The translations under genes and the position numbers were made by a program. Positions 1 to 13,667 of a stretch of DNA of 50,078 bases are shown here, one piece after another. The notes beneath the pieces were generated by a model. It was not told the origin of the DNA, made no database searches, and saw nothing but the letters and a program-made list of their open reading frames with translations. This DNA is from Peribolospora baueri (Eukaryota): contig JAMDHS010000028.1 of NCBI GenBank assembly GCA_029717555.1, positions 186,001 through 236,078 of the forward strand, in the 5' to 3' direction. The stretch's first letter is position 1. Each line of letters begins with the position of its first letter.

Positions 1-84
1 ATCAGCAGAGGACAAAAAATCAAACAAACTACGAAAATGAAGGGTTTGGCGGAGTGGTGGGCACGGCCTCTGTCGCTTACTCAC

Positions 85-523
85 CCATGTTGAGTTCCAG
101 ACCCTTAATTTTGAACTGATCCTTCAAGCTGATCGGCAGCCCATGCAGCGGGCCAACCGTCTTGCCCGTGCTCTTGAGATGGGCGTCAAGCTCATCGGCT
201 CGCTTGAGCCCCTCGGGGATGCACGTCTCGGTGAGACAGTTGACAAGTTGGTGAGCGGCGATGGCTTGCTTTGCATAGGCCTCCACCACATCTCGGGCGG
301 ACCACTCGGCGGAGGCCAGCTTGGCGAGAAGAGCGTCGACATCGGCCAGCGCTAGGATGTCGCGCTGGAGAGGGCTGAGCTGGGGAGACAAGAAGCCGAG
401 TACCGAGAGCTGCGATGCGGGAGGCAGCGAAGAGGCGGGCACGAAGAGCGATTTCGGAATCGCCTCGTCTCGCGCCTTTCGGCGCTCCGCGACCACGTCT
501 TGCCAGGGGCGCGTCGGACACAT
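85..523 (-). CDS. Amidase-signature family enzyme (acetamidase/FAAH-like), first exon; gene runs off the window start
   Basis: MCPTRPWQDVVAERRKARDEAIP...HQLVNCLTE...GPLHGLPISLKDQF...NMG carries the GPLHGLPISLKD motif with the catalytic Lys. A GTGAGT donor follows at 84-79, and TATTTAAA lies upstream at ~641-648. Confidence 0.9.
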
Positions 524-1404
524 GGCGGTGAATTCAGGTCTGCTACACGCTACGAAAAAGGAGTGGAGCGGTGAGTGGTGGTAGTAGTGAGGGCGGGGAA
601 GGGTAAGATGAGGCGCTGTGTGCCCTGCAAGCTCCTCCGCTTTAAATATGTCCAACGCACTCCAACTCGAGACCTAATCGCTGTGTCCAAGACGGTCGGG
701 TGCGGTGATGATAAGATACGGCCTGGACGGCGGGCGATCGGCCAATCAGTTCAACCAGGCAGTCCCGGACGCATCTTGCCGGCTTCCTCCGCTCCGCCGA
801 GCTGTCTCATTCTGGAGTGTGGAGGTCGCCCGCCAGACGTGGAGATACCTAACGACTTGCCGGTTGGTCTTTTCCGACGTTATCATCTGGGCAAATTGGA
901 CGGAAGGTGTCGGAGAGTCGGCCGGTACGCGACACCGTAACGCCGAGGCCGACAGCGATAACGGTCTAATGACGGTGACATCTAACCGTGCCCCGCAGAC
1001 AAACACCCCCACGAATAAAAGTCACGTCTATACTTTTTAAACAACACCTTTTCACAAGTTAGACAGCGGCGCCTGTCGCTTCTCATCCGCTGTGGGGCTC
1101 GCGTCGATGAGGCCGTGCGGTGGAGAAAATATATAGATACTTCAAGCGGAGGCCGCTCTGTGCTGAGCCCAAGTCTAGATCAAAAGACACGTTTCGCAGG
1201 CTGGACGGCCGTCCGATAACCCGGTTGTATGACGTGCGTGTGGTGAGAACCGCTACAAACAATATATTCCGAACCGATGGAAATACGGGCGGTGACGCGA
1301 GCAGGAAGTCTCAGTAATATTGAAAGAACGTGAGGTATCTGAGGAAGCGGAGAGCGATCATGGGATCTCTCGCCCGGGAGCAGCTGCATGCCGGTGAATC
1401 GGAC

Positions 1405-3552
1405 TTAAAAGATACCGGGAAGGACGGAAGTGCCCTCGGACCGGTGGGCGTCAAGCTGGTAGAGGGGGAGACCGAGAGCCTGGAGGAGCGTGGGGGCGAC
1501 CTGGCGGTTCTGGACCTCCATGGTAAGGTTCTGGCCGGAGCTCTTGAGGTGCTTTCCGGAGATGGCAAGGAGGGGAACGTTGAGGTCGTCGGGGCCGGCG
1601 CCGCCGTGGTCCTCGAGCGAGCGCTTGGTCTTGTAGAGGACGCCCTCGACGGCGCCGATGATGAGGTCGGGGGCACGGCCATCGAGGAAAGGCGAACCGA
1701 AGCCGTACTGTCCGACAGAGTGAATCGTCAGGTTCGCATTCATCGCACATCAACTTGCAACAGAGGGAGTTCTCACCTGCCAGACCTCCTCACCACCCTT
1801 GACGAAGGAGACGCCGGTCTGGTTCTTAGGAGCGGAGAGCAGGTTCTTCTTAGCGAGGTCGGCCTTGGTCGAGTCCTTGAGCCACATCTGTTAGAGGGAG
1901 AAGTTGGAGTGTTCAAGGAAGATCGGTCGGTATCATTTATTCAGACGTCATTGCGAGGCGATGAGGGACTCACCAGTCCACCGTCAGCAGCGGTGGTGAA
2001 AGCGACCTCAACGCCGGTCGCCTTCTCAAGGACGGCGGGGTCGATGATCTGGAGCTTGTGAGGGTCGATGGGGCCCTGGCCCTGCTTGGAGCCGACGAGG
2101 AGAAGGGTCTGGTCCCAGATGTTCTGGCTCTTAAGGGTGGCAACGAACTCGCCGAGCTTCTTGTCGAAGTGCTGGATCGTGTTGGTGACATTAGCAGTGG
2201 GCTTGCCGGTGCCGTCGACGTAGCCGCTGGTCGACTGGGCGTTGGTGAGCGACTGGAAGTTGGCACCGAAGACGCCGGGGACGCCGACGGGGTTCTTGGT
2301 GCCGTTGACAAACTTGCCGGAGGCCCAGTTGTTGAGAGCAGTCCCTGTATGCACCGGGTGTGATGTGATCCCAAGGCAGTCAGTCATCAGCCTGTAGGCG
2401 TGGTGGGTTCACGTGAAGAAAGAAGAGACTGACAGTGGAGGTCATCCCAGTTCTCCTGCGCGACATCAGTGGCCTTGACGGAGCCAACTGAATTCATATA
2501 AAAGATTTTCAGTTTCAGTTTCAGAATGCGTGAAACAAGCGCCCACCTTGGAGATGGAGACGCTACGAGGGACCAAACTCACTCTCCGGGAAGTAGCCCT
2601 CGGACAGGCCAAGGCCGGACGGGCCGTTGAGGAACTCGTAGGAGAGGTGCTTGTCCGCGTAGGCGGTGAACTGACCGTTGCTGCGAGCAACCTCAAACAC
2701 GGTGTTGACCCGAAGGTAGTCGTGGGGGTAGACGACAGCACAGGTGCCCCACTCGGTCTTCTTCATCGGGAGGGCAGAGGTGTTGAAAGCGTTGCCGCCG
2801 TTAATCGACGTGGCGTTCATGTCGACGCCGGTAGAGAGGTCGACCTCGGTCTGCGAAGGAAGCGCGGCGCAGGAAGAACTGGTCATGAGGAGGGCCTACA
2901 GCGATTCAACCGATGAGGTTACTCACGCCGATGGGGCCCTGGCAGTTCGAGCTGGGGGGGTAAAGCTCCCTAGCATACGAGTCATCCCAGTAGATGCTGT
3001 GGGGAATCACAGACCGAACCGCTCATCGCGTACATTAGCCCGGCTGTCAGCCCCACCTGTCTTTCTCTATCTCTCTTTCTCTTCTTACCCAGAGGTCCTC
3101 GGAGTAGCACCGGTCCAAAGCGCCGTGGTGGCAGGGTACGAGTCAGACGGGTTGGAAGCGCGAGCCTTGCCGTAAACGACGGCCTGCTGCTTGAGCTGAG
3201 CGAGCGTGGACGAAGGGTTGGCAGCGATGAAGTCCACGAAGTCGAACTCGTGCATTCCACTGTATGCGCAGAGCGGATGGAAAGAATTCAAGCATCAGAG
3301 CGTGCCTCTGCTGTTTGCAGCTTAAGTAGGCGGCCGTGCTTGTAAAAATCTGCATTTGCGAGCCGACGGCGCTCACTCGTTCGAGAGGAAAATGGCGTGC
3401 TTGAAAGGACCAGTGGCAGAAGAGGGGTCGTAGGGACCGAACTGGCCGGGGTAGCTGGGGGGGTTGGAACCGCCCACAGGGACAGCGGCAGCGCCGTTGA
3501 GGGCGGCAAGAGAGACCGCAAGGCCGCCGAGGAGAGTCGACCGAATCGGCAT
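1405..3552 (-). CDS. Secreted type I phosphodiesterase/nucleotide pyrophosphatase (alkaline phosphatase superfamily), multi-exon
   Basis: Signal peptide MPIRSTLLGGLAVSLAALNGAAA. Spliced motifs: FLSN|DGMH, PSDSYP (nucleophile loop), TGATPRTSG|IYWDDSY, YPHDYLRVNTVFEV, DKHLSYE, FGANFQ, SKQGQ, EDHGG, QVAPTLLQALGL. Introns are canonical GT-AG and the stop TAA is at 1407-1405. Confidence 0.85.
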
Positions 3553-3699
3553 GCTGGTGAACAGGGGGGGGGAGGTATAAAGAGAGTGTACGGTGCTACG
3601 AGTGCCTGAGGGTGTGGGACAAAGGAGCTCAGCACGCTCTTTTATGCGAGGGACACCGTCCATGACAGGATCGTCTCAGACTCTTGCTTCGGGCCTGGA

Positions 3700-3944
3700 A
3701 ACGTGCAGCAAAGCATCAAGGCCGGTCTAGCTAGAGCGCACACCATCCCACTCGGACCGATGAAGGATCATCAAATTCGGGGAGGCAAAGGAGGATGAGG
3801 AAACGTAAAATCTGGCGGGACAAGCGAGATGGAAGGATCTGATAGCGCGGACGGATCTCGGATTTTGAGAATCAGGTCCAAGGCGACGGAGGAAGCAGCA
3901 AGACGCGTCAGGAACGTGCACGGTCAATTCAATCACCAACGTGC
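3700..3944 (-). promoter_or_regulatory. Three GCACGTT (Pho4-type bHLH E-box variant) sites upstream of the phosphodiesterase
   Basis: AACGTGC occurs on the + strand at 3700-3706, 3913-3919 and 3938-3944, 150-390 nt upstream of ATG 3552. Confidence 0.5.
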
Positions 3945-4387
3945 TGTTACGTTCTCGAAATTGGCTTGGCGTAGAAATTCGGTCCTATCCGGGAGGTCGG
4001 ACGCTGGTGCTAGACGGTTAGACGAGACAGACTGCTGAACGACGGTAGAGCGGCGCCGTATGAGGAGGGAGCAAAGTCAAGAAGGTTGGGTGACCAGTCC
4101 ATATGCCGGCGGATAGCATTCGAGCACAGCTCGGATCCGCCGCAGAGTCAGCCGGGTCGGTTGAAGGGAAGGGCGATGAAGAGCAAGCGATGGAGACGCT
4201 GCCTGGTCGCTCGAAAGCGTGCCTGCACTGACAGAAGATATGGTGGCCGAAGAGACCGCGAGGAACATCAATTTCAGAAACTTGGGCGTTCGCCGACCCG
4301 ACGGAGCGGGAACGGCCGACAGCATTTGACCACACCCACGGCCCGAGCGCAATACGGAGGCAGAAGCAGCAGGGAATGCCATGCAGA

Positions 4388-4415
4388 GAGAAGAGAAGAG
4401 AAGAGAAGAGAAGAG
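4388..4415. repeat. (AGAAG)n microsatellite
   Basis: Tandem AGAAG units read directly in the intergenic region. Confidence 0.9.
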
Positions 4416-5239
4416 ATGCCGGAACAAAAGAAGCGGATAGCAAGGATCGACACCCTCCGGCCGCCGGCTCGGCGATCTTCCGGCGGGCGCACACGCGCCT
4501 GCAAGAAAACTAACGAGGGCCATGTCCGGCGTCGGACTGACGATCGGTGCACTGAGGGACGGGCGGGTCAACAGGAACAGGGCGGGAACGCTGATGAAGC
4601 CGACGTTGCCTACGCCGTGATTTTGGCCCTATGGCGACACCCTACAGTCACACTGCACGCGATCCTGTCTTTCGTCCATCGCTGTCTCTCGCACTTGCCT
4701 ACTCGGCGGTATGTTTCTCTCCGCACCACATCGGCACTGCCCCAGCACTGCCCCCCTGCCAATGCCCTGCGTTATCTTCACAACCTCCCTCGAAACAAAT
4801 TTCTAAACGCCTTTCTGCCTGCATCCTCGCCTACCTAACCCGCTCGGAAACGAAACCCAGGCAGTACTCACGCTTCACTCCAGCGACTCGACCTGCGCAC
4901 GAGCCCGCCTGCCTCCTAAAGCATCGGCATCGCCGGCCACCGCCAGTGACTCAGGAACGGCGACTCAACCATCAGGGCCGGGTACGGCAACCCGAACCAC
5001 CGAGCGCCACCCACGTCGTTTGCCGGCGAGTCTGCGTCACACATAAATACATCGTTCAACGCGCACAGCGTCGTCTTCGCTTCGGCAGGCTATCACTATA
5101 AAGTACGCCCTCCCCTTCGCAGCCCCACCCGTCCTTTCTTCTTCCCTGCAGCCGTCCGTCTCCTTCCAGCAAGAAGTCGAACGAGACGGCCCCCACCCTC
5201 CCCCGCATCTCCATTTCCCTACTAGCCTTCACTGTCGAC

Positions 5240-7560
<2,321 letters not shown>

Positions 7561-7874
7561 GACGGCCGGCGGTGGGCCGCGATGTCGCCTTGCCTACGGG
7601 GCGTCGCAGGGCGTGTGTTGGTAGGGAAGCGTTCGCGCGGCGGCCCGACACGACACGACACGACGGGGACGACGGTTTACGATCCGATCCGTTGCACAGT
7701 ATGCTGTCTATCCGCGTGTGTATACCTTTCTGTCTGTCTCATTTCCTATTTATGTAGTTACGCGCGCGGCGCAGGTAAGTATGTAAGAAGGATTTATAGT
7801 TATCTGCACGCGCCTTCATCCTCAAATCAAACAGACGAAATACACCTCCTCCCTGCGCCCATACCTTATTTCAG

Positions 7875-8174
7875 CAAATATGCCATTCGCGGTCTCACCC
7901 AGACGGCAGCGAAGGAGCTATGCCCCTGCGGGTTTTGGGTAAGTACGCCTTACCCCAGACAAGCCTCGTGCGCTTTCGACCCTGGGCGTCCTTGCTATCC
8001 GACCGAGTCGAATCATTTCGTGCATCAACCTCCTGTCCTTACCAGGTTAACTCGATCCATCCAAGTCCGACCAACACAGTTTCTGGATTTAATATTTCTC
8101 ACGAAGTGGCCGACAATCTTCGCACCATGACGCCATTGGGCAGGATTGCAGAGCCGGAAGTGGCTCAAGCCATT
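7875..8174 (+). pseudogene. Short-chain dehydrogenase/reductase (acetoin/diacetyl-reductase-like) C-terminal relic
   Basis: SKYAIRGLTQTAAKELCPCGFWV matches the SDR SKxAxRGLTQxAAxEL helix, and TPLGRIAEPEVA followed by GTGAGT matches PLGRxGxPEDVA. No N-terminal GxxxGxG exon is visible upstream. Confidence 0.7.
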
Positions 8175-9030
8175 GTGAGTCTCGAGTTAGAGCAGGTGTT
8201 TGATTCGAGTCGAGGCGGATGTCGTTCGATTCGATCAATGTCCGTCCTCTATGTTCGCTTGCTCCCTCTCGGCCACCCTTATTCCGCCATCGGCGGAAAT
8301 ACAGGCCTACTTCATCAGCAATCAGAGGTCGTTCTGCTCCGGCGCCGAGCTAAAGGTGTGCGGCGGCCTTTGAGGGTGCGAACGGGGATGGGCGGTGGGC
8401 ACCTCCGCCTTCCTCCGCGCATATCCGCGACTGCCATGGAAAATCGCAACGGCGTCTCGACCAGGATCTCGAATCTGGAGGATTGCTGGCTTCACGATTC
8501 CTTCTCCTTCCGGAAGAAAGATCTTATCGACTCACCATCTCGACGACCTCGCCATCACTTCTCATCTTCGCCCTCGACGTCCTGCGCTGCTGGCCTCGCC
8601 AGACTCCATCCTAAGCTCTCTCTCAGCCAGCCGTTCCAGACTGCCGACCAACGGCGGGCGCTGCCCTTTTGTTTGTTCGACGCGCTTCATTTCGTCCGCC
8701 ATCATCGCATCATCTTCTTCACGGCAACTCCTTGAGGCGAGCACGACATAGGCTTTCCGACGTTCACGCACACATTGTACTACGTCTCCCTTGTCCGACT
8801 CTCTCACCACCCACAAGCTTTGAAGACTAGGACCTAATTCAACCACCATTCAGCCGATCGTCGGTCCTTTCCCATCCCCTCTCACGCTTCCAACTGCAAA
8901 CGCTGCCAATACCTAAGTTGGGGTCGACTTCATCCCAGAGATCTTTCTTTTCCACGGCTCAGAACGACCTTGCGCGTACGCTCGTTCTCGACGCCGTCTG
9001 CCGCCTTCCCGCCAGCCTGCAAAGCTTCCG

Positions 9031-10588
9031 ATGGCCCCGCCGCCTTCCTCGGGCTCATTCTTCAGTAACCGGCAGACTCTACACTCCCCGCTTCATCATC
9101 CCACAAGCTCTCCCAGCCCCGGTGGCGGCGGTGGGAACGAAGGGCAGGGCGGCGCGGGCGCGCTGAGGAATGGTGCCGCCGCAGCCCGTGAGCGTACTGC
9201 CAGCAGCGGATCTGCTGGCGTAGCAGGCGGTGGCGGTACCTCCGGATCGGCCGGTCTGGGCATTGGTGGTGGCTTGTCCAAGGTCAACAGCGGCATTGGC
9301 GGCGGCAGTGGTGGCGCGGATACCGGCACCGGCGCCCAAACGTCGATCGCCGCGTTGAACGCCAACTCCACGGGTTCCGCTCCCCACAAACCCAAACACT
9401 CGCTCTCCCTGTCCCTGTCTTCCAACTCTACCCCGGCTAATGCTTCTCCGGCTACGGGTGCCGCTCACCCCGGCACGACGACCTGGTCGAGCCTTCTCTC
9501 TCCCTCCCTCGGTGGCGGTTCGGGCGGCGCCGCTGGAGCCCGGCCTTCATCTCCCGGCTCCTTTCACGCGCCCGGAACTCCCGGTGTACCGCCCACTCCG
9601 TCCTCCCTGGTCTCTCCTTCGGCCATCTCCAATACCGGCGGATTTTCCAGCGTCAATCTTGGCGCCGCACTGCCCGTCAGCACGCCCAGGGACGGCCACC
9701 TGCACCCTTTGAGGTACACTTGGACGTTTTTCTTCCTCCACCGTCCGCCCGGGCAGAAGATGGGAAGCGAGAAGTACGAGGAAGGCATGAAGAAGGTGGC
9801 CAGTTTCTCTAGTGTGAGTCTCAATTTGCTGTCTTTTTCGGTCGTGGAACAGTGGGCACTCTTCGCCGCGCTCATCCTCGCACCTTCGCCTTGATGTCAC
9901 ATATGCGCTCTCTCCAGATCGAGTCCTTCTGGCCTATCTACGCCCACCTCAGACCTCCGTCGACGTTGCGCCATATCTCGGATTACCATCTCTTCAAGGC
10001 CGGCGTTAGGCCGGTGTGGGAGGACGAGGCGAACGCGAAGGGCGGAAAATGGATCGTGAGGTTGAAGAAGGGCGTTAGCGACCGACTGTGGGAGGATTTG
10101 GTGAGCATATATGGACGGTCGTTGCCCGCGTTCGACTCTGTTTTTGCGTATCAGGCCAGAGTATCCAGATGAAGCGCCCAGCTCATATCGTCTCCGTTCT
10201 TTTGTCCTTCCAACGTGTTCTCCAGATCCTGGCGCTTATCGGTGATCAGTTTGAGCCCTCCCACGACCTCACGGGAGCGGTGCTGAGTGTGCGTGCGTCC
10301 GAGGACATTCTCAGCCTTTGGAACCGCGACGAAAGCGATGGGAGGGTTACGTTGAAAATTAGGTGAGCCTGCGGATATGTCATCTATTGTTCGTTCTTAC
10401 GTGGGAGGGGAGCTCATGTCGGAGAGCTAGCTGACCAACCGAATCGGTCAAACTCCTGTTTTCCTGCGCATAGGGACACGCTCCGTAGGGTGCTCAACCT
10501 GCCACCGTCGACGGTGATGGAGTACAAGAGCAACACCGAATCTATCACTGACAAGAGCAGCTTCCGCAACGCCCACGTCGACCGATGA
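9031..10588 (+). CDS. EIF4E2: Cap-binding protein eIF4E, class II (4EHP/eIF4E2-like), long G/S/P-rich N-terminus, 4 exons
   Basis: HPLRYTWTFF...YEEGMKK...|IESFWPIYAHL...DYHLFKAGVRPVWEDEANAKGGKW...DRLWEDL|ILALIGDQF...GAVLSVRASEDILSLWN...|DTLRRVLNLP...MEYKS. Tyr at the Trp56-equivalent position is typical of class II. Confidence 0.9.
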
Positions 10589-11129
10589 TGACGGTGCCCA
10601 GTTTTCTTTCCGGACGCAAGAGGCGGCGACCCCCTTGGTTCGTCCGCACTCTTTTGAGGTGGCACAGACGCTGCGTTTTCCTCATTTGTTCCGTCCTGAC
10701 TGATGGGTGAAGGTCCTTCATGTCTCTATCGATCGAGAGAAGCGGACGATAGGACGAAGCGACGAAGGAAAAAGAATTGTGTCCTTAGTTGATTCGCTTG
10801 ACTATCACGAGCGAGAGGGCCTGCAGAGCAGCCGTTTGACAGGCGATGCAAACGGAGACGATCCTACAGGTCAACCGACCTCTATTGCAAGATAGGTGTA
10901 CATCGAGAGGGACTGCAGTCTACAGTACGAGTACAGGAATACGAGCGGGGGAATGGACGAAGTACAAGGCAAATCTCGGTCTCCTCCCATCCTGTCCAAG
11001 CTGAGAGAAGAAGAGCGAAATCGAATAAAGGAAATCTAAGCGGTAACAGAGAGAAGGAACGAAAGGACGGAAAGAAGGACGGAAAGGTTGTGCAATCAAT
11101 CAATATCTCACTCGCCGACCGCACCTGGC

Positions 11130-13109
11130 TCAGCAGATGTTCCGTTGGCCTCCACCGCCGAGCCACTCCTCGAACGCCCTCTCGCTCCTCCACCGGTCCA
11201 AACCCATCCCTTCCACCCTGACCCACGCCCTGCTTGACCCCGCCCCTCCGCCCTCCCCACGGTTGCCTCCGTCACCGGCATCGCCCGCCTGGTCCTCGCA
11301 CACCACCTCCTCGCCCAACACGCCCACCCTCAGTCTGCCCGTTTTGAGCCACCCTTCCGGTCCGTCGTACTGCTCATCTCCCTCCTCGGCGCCTCCCATT
11401 TCGCCGAAGGAGGTCGGCCAACTCCACCCCCCAGCGCCAGCGCCGCTACCGGCGCCGTCAACATCCCTCGGCCCGCCACTCGTCCTCCGCGTCATCCCGC
11501 CTCCCCTCCTTCGCGCGATCTCCCTCAACGCCTCCCTGAGCCACTTCGCCTCCGCCACCGACCCCATCCGAACCTCCACCCTCTCCAACGTTGTCCTGTT
11601 GCTGGACAACAACGTGCACAGCGCCGAAGGCAGCGAACCGGGCACGGTGGTGTGGTTGGGCACGTAAACAGGGAGAGTGAGGAGGAGGGCGCGCAGGTGG
11701 GTGCGTGAAGCGCGGTGGGTTTTTCGGTGCGGTGCGGCGGCACCCGGAGGCGAGAGAAGGGGGGGCGTGCGCGGTGGCGAAGGAGGCAAAAGGCCCCGGG
11801 TGTTGAAGGCGCGAAGAGGTTCGCTGGGTCTCTGTGGCTGTTGTCCAGTCCCGACGCTGGCGGGGTTAGGCGTGGCCGGCCTAGAGCCGACAGGGGTGGC
11901 GGAGGCGGAGAGAGAGGGGGTGGGAAGGCCGTGCCTGAGATGATGGTGACGGGCATAGGAGAGTCCAGCCGTCATCGTCCGCCCCGCGGGATCGGCGACC
12001 CAGGTGTTCTCTTCAATCCCCGAAGAAGGCGACGACGAAGCAGAAGGCTGCTCGTCCTCGTTCCCGGCATCGATCCACACCGTCTCTACGTGGTCCTGGA
12101 ACACCTGAGCAAAGGACTCGCTAAGCTTGGCGCCGACGATGTGGAGCGAGCGGACCTCCTTGAGCGTCTCCCCGACGAGGGCTACGAGGTTGAGATGCTC
12201 GGGCGGAGCGACGAGCACGAGCTCCTGCATCTCCCTCCGCCACCCCCTGGCGGGCCAGGGTATGCGGCCGGCGGTGCGCTGGACGGGGTAGACGGAGGAA
12301 GGCGATGGGCTGAGGAGGCGGAAGGTGCGCGAGTACGAGCTGGCGAGGGACATGTAGTGGGAGAGCGGAGGCGGGGGAGGGGGGGAGCCGGAGTGGACGA
12401 GGGCCGTGCTCGGCGGCCGGGGAATCTCGGCCAGGGCATCGTAGTGAATGGAGGCCAGGTTGGGACAGAGGTGCAGGAGGGGGCGAGGGTCCCAGCCTCG
12501 CTCGAGGTCGCCGTCGAGCAGGTAGTCTACCTTCGCCTCCTCATCTCCCTCTCCCTCCCCCGCCCGGGTCTCGTCGCGCACGGGACGAGAGAGAAAGACA
12601 TACCGAACTTCTTCTCGCAGCATCTGTCCCAGCCAATCCATAGGACCAGGTCCGCGGCTATTGAGGTCCTCCTCCTCCTTTTCCTTTCCTGCACACCACC
12701 GCACGCGCTCCCACCCGCCACCTGCCCCGTAGCGCAAGAGACGATTGAAAAGCGCCCATTCCTCGTCGGAGTCGATGATGAGGCGTGAGACGAAGGCCGA
12801 GGTCACCTCCTGCGGATAAAAGTCCCGCGTGGCTTTGACGGGAGACGACTTGGACCGGCCGATGCGAATAGAGGAGTCGGTATCACTTTCACCTTCGCTG
12901 CCCGCTGCGAGGAGCCTGACGCCGCGATTACTTCGGAGCAAGTCCAGGCTCGGCGCGAGGGCGCAGGTGTTAAGAAGGATGTCGCGGGTGAGCCTTGAGA
13001 CGCGGAGAAGGGAGAGGAAGGTGTTGAGGCTACCGGTCGTCGCATCAACGAAGATGGGCGCGAGAAGCTCCGACGGGAGAGAGAGAAGGCGCGAGGCTAG
13101 TTGGTGCAT
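11130..13109 (-). CDS. Intronless ~660 aa hypothetical protein with an N-terminal F-box-like motif
   Basis: Long uninterrupted ORF. The first ATG gives MHQLASRLLSLPSELLAPIF (LxxLPxELLxxIF), and CPNLASIH is LRR-like. Confidence 0.6.
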   Translation of the reverse strand: MHQLASRLLSLPSELLAPIFVDATTGSLNTFLSLLRVSRLTRDILLNTCALAPSLDLLRSNRGVRLLAAGSEGESDTDSSIRIGRSKSSPVKATRDFYPQEVTSAFVSRLIIDSDEEWALFNRLLRYGAGGGWERVRWCAGKEKEEEDLNSRGPGPMDWLGQMLREEVRYVFLSRPVRDETRAGEGEGDEEAKVDYLLDGDLERGWDPRPLLHLCPNLASIHYDALAEIPRPPSTALVHSGSPPPPPPLSHYMSLASSYSRTFRLLSPSPSSVYPVQRTAGRIPWPARGWRREMQELVLVAPPEHLNLVALVGETLKEVRSLHIVGAKLSESFAQVFQDHVETVWIDAGNEDEQPSASSSPSSGIEENTWVADPAGRTMTAGLSYARHHHLRHGLPTPSLSASATPVGSRPATPNPASVGTGQQPQRPSEPLRAFNTRGLLPPSPPRTPPLLSPPGAAAPHRKTHRASRTHLRALLLTLPVYVPNHTTVPGSLPSALCTLLSSNRTTLERVEVRMGSVAEAKWLREALREIARRRGGGMTRRTSGGPRDVDGAGSGAGAGGWSWPTSFGEMGGAEEGDEQYDGPEGWLKTGRLRVGVLGEEVVCEDQAGDAGDGGNRGEGGGAGSSRAWVRVEGMGLDRWRSERAFEEWLGGGGQRNIC

Positions 13110-13571
13110 GGCTGGCGATAGCGATTGGCGATCTGGCCTTCCCGGGTGATGAAGTAAGATGAAGAGGGCACGAAGAGGGGAAGAACCGAGAGAAGACAGC
13201 CCACGTGTTTGCACCTTGTTTCGTCCGTCCTTCCGGAAAAGGGAGAAACTTCGCGATGAACGCTGGGGTCGGGTAGGCGAGCGCGCGAGAGTCAAATAGC
13301 GGTGGCGTAGGACGGGGAGGGAGAGGGGGGCATGGGGTTCGGCCGAAAGAAGACTGGGGCCTCGGTAATGAGGTCGTTGGAGTCTTGAGTTGGAATTGGC
13401 GTTCTCTCACCGTCAGGCCGACGTGGGGGAAGCGGTCAAGGGCAAGGAAGGAGGTGAGGGGAACGAAGGGAGGGAAAAGGAGGGTGTCGAAGTCGGGCGC
13501 CTTTTCTAGAGCGGCCGTCGGCGTCGTGCTCGCCATCGGGCAACATCGTGCACACCATCCAGGTCGGTGCA

Positions 13572-13667
13572 GTCCGACGTCGGACCGGAAATGGCAACGG
13601 AAATCTTTCACACCGAAATTCTTGTCGCCATTTCTTATCGCCATTAGGCACGGTTCTAATCGCCACC
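13572..13667. promoter_or_regulatory. Motif cluster in the divergent promoter between the F-box-like gene and QNS1
   Basis: Perfect 14-bp palindrome GTCCGACGTCGGAC (13572-13585), ATGGCAAC, near-tandem TTCTT(G/A)TCGCCAT x2 and a third TCGCCA. Confidence 0.35.

Noticed and set aside
1330..2061. 243-aa + strand ORF
   Set aside because: Antisense shadow of the GC-rich phosphodiesterase exons, with no motifs of its own.
4086..4838. 250-aa Arg-rich ORF
   Set aside because: It runs through a microsatellite in the divergent promoter region and has no protein-like composition or splice structure.
7920..8735. 271-aa ORF as a gene or eIF4E uORF
   Set aside because: Only a short SDR-like segment looks coding. 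The rest is pyrimidine-rich leader sequence and the transcription start is unknown.
11715..12788. 357-aa + strand ORF
   Set aside because: Antisense to the F-box-like gene.
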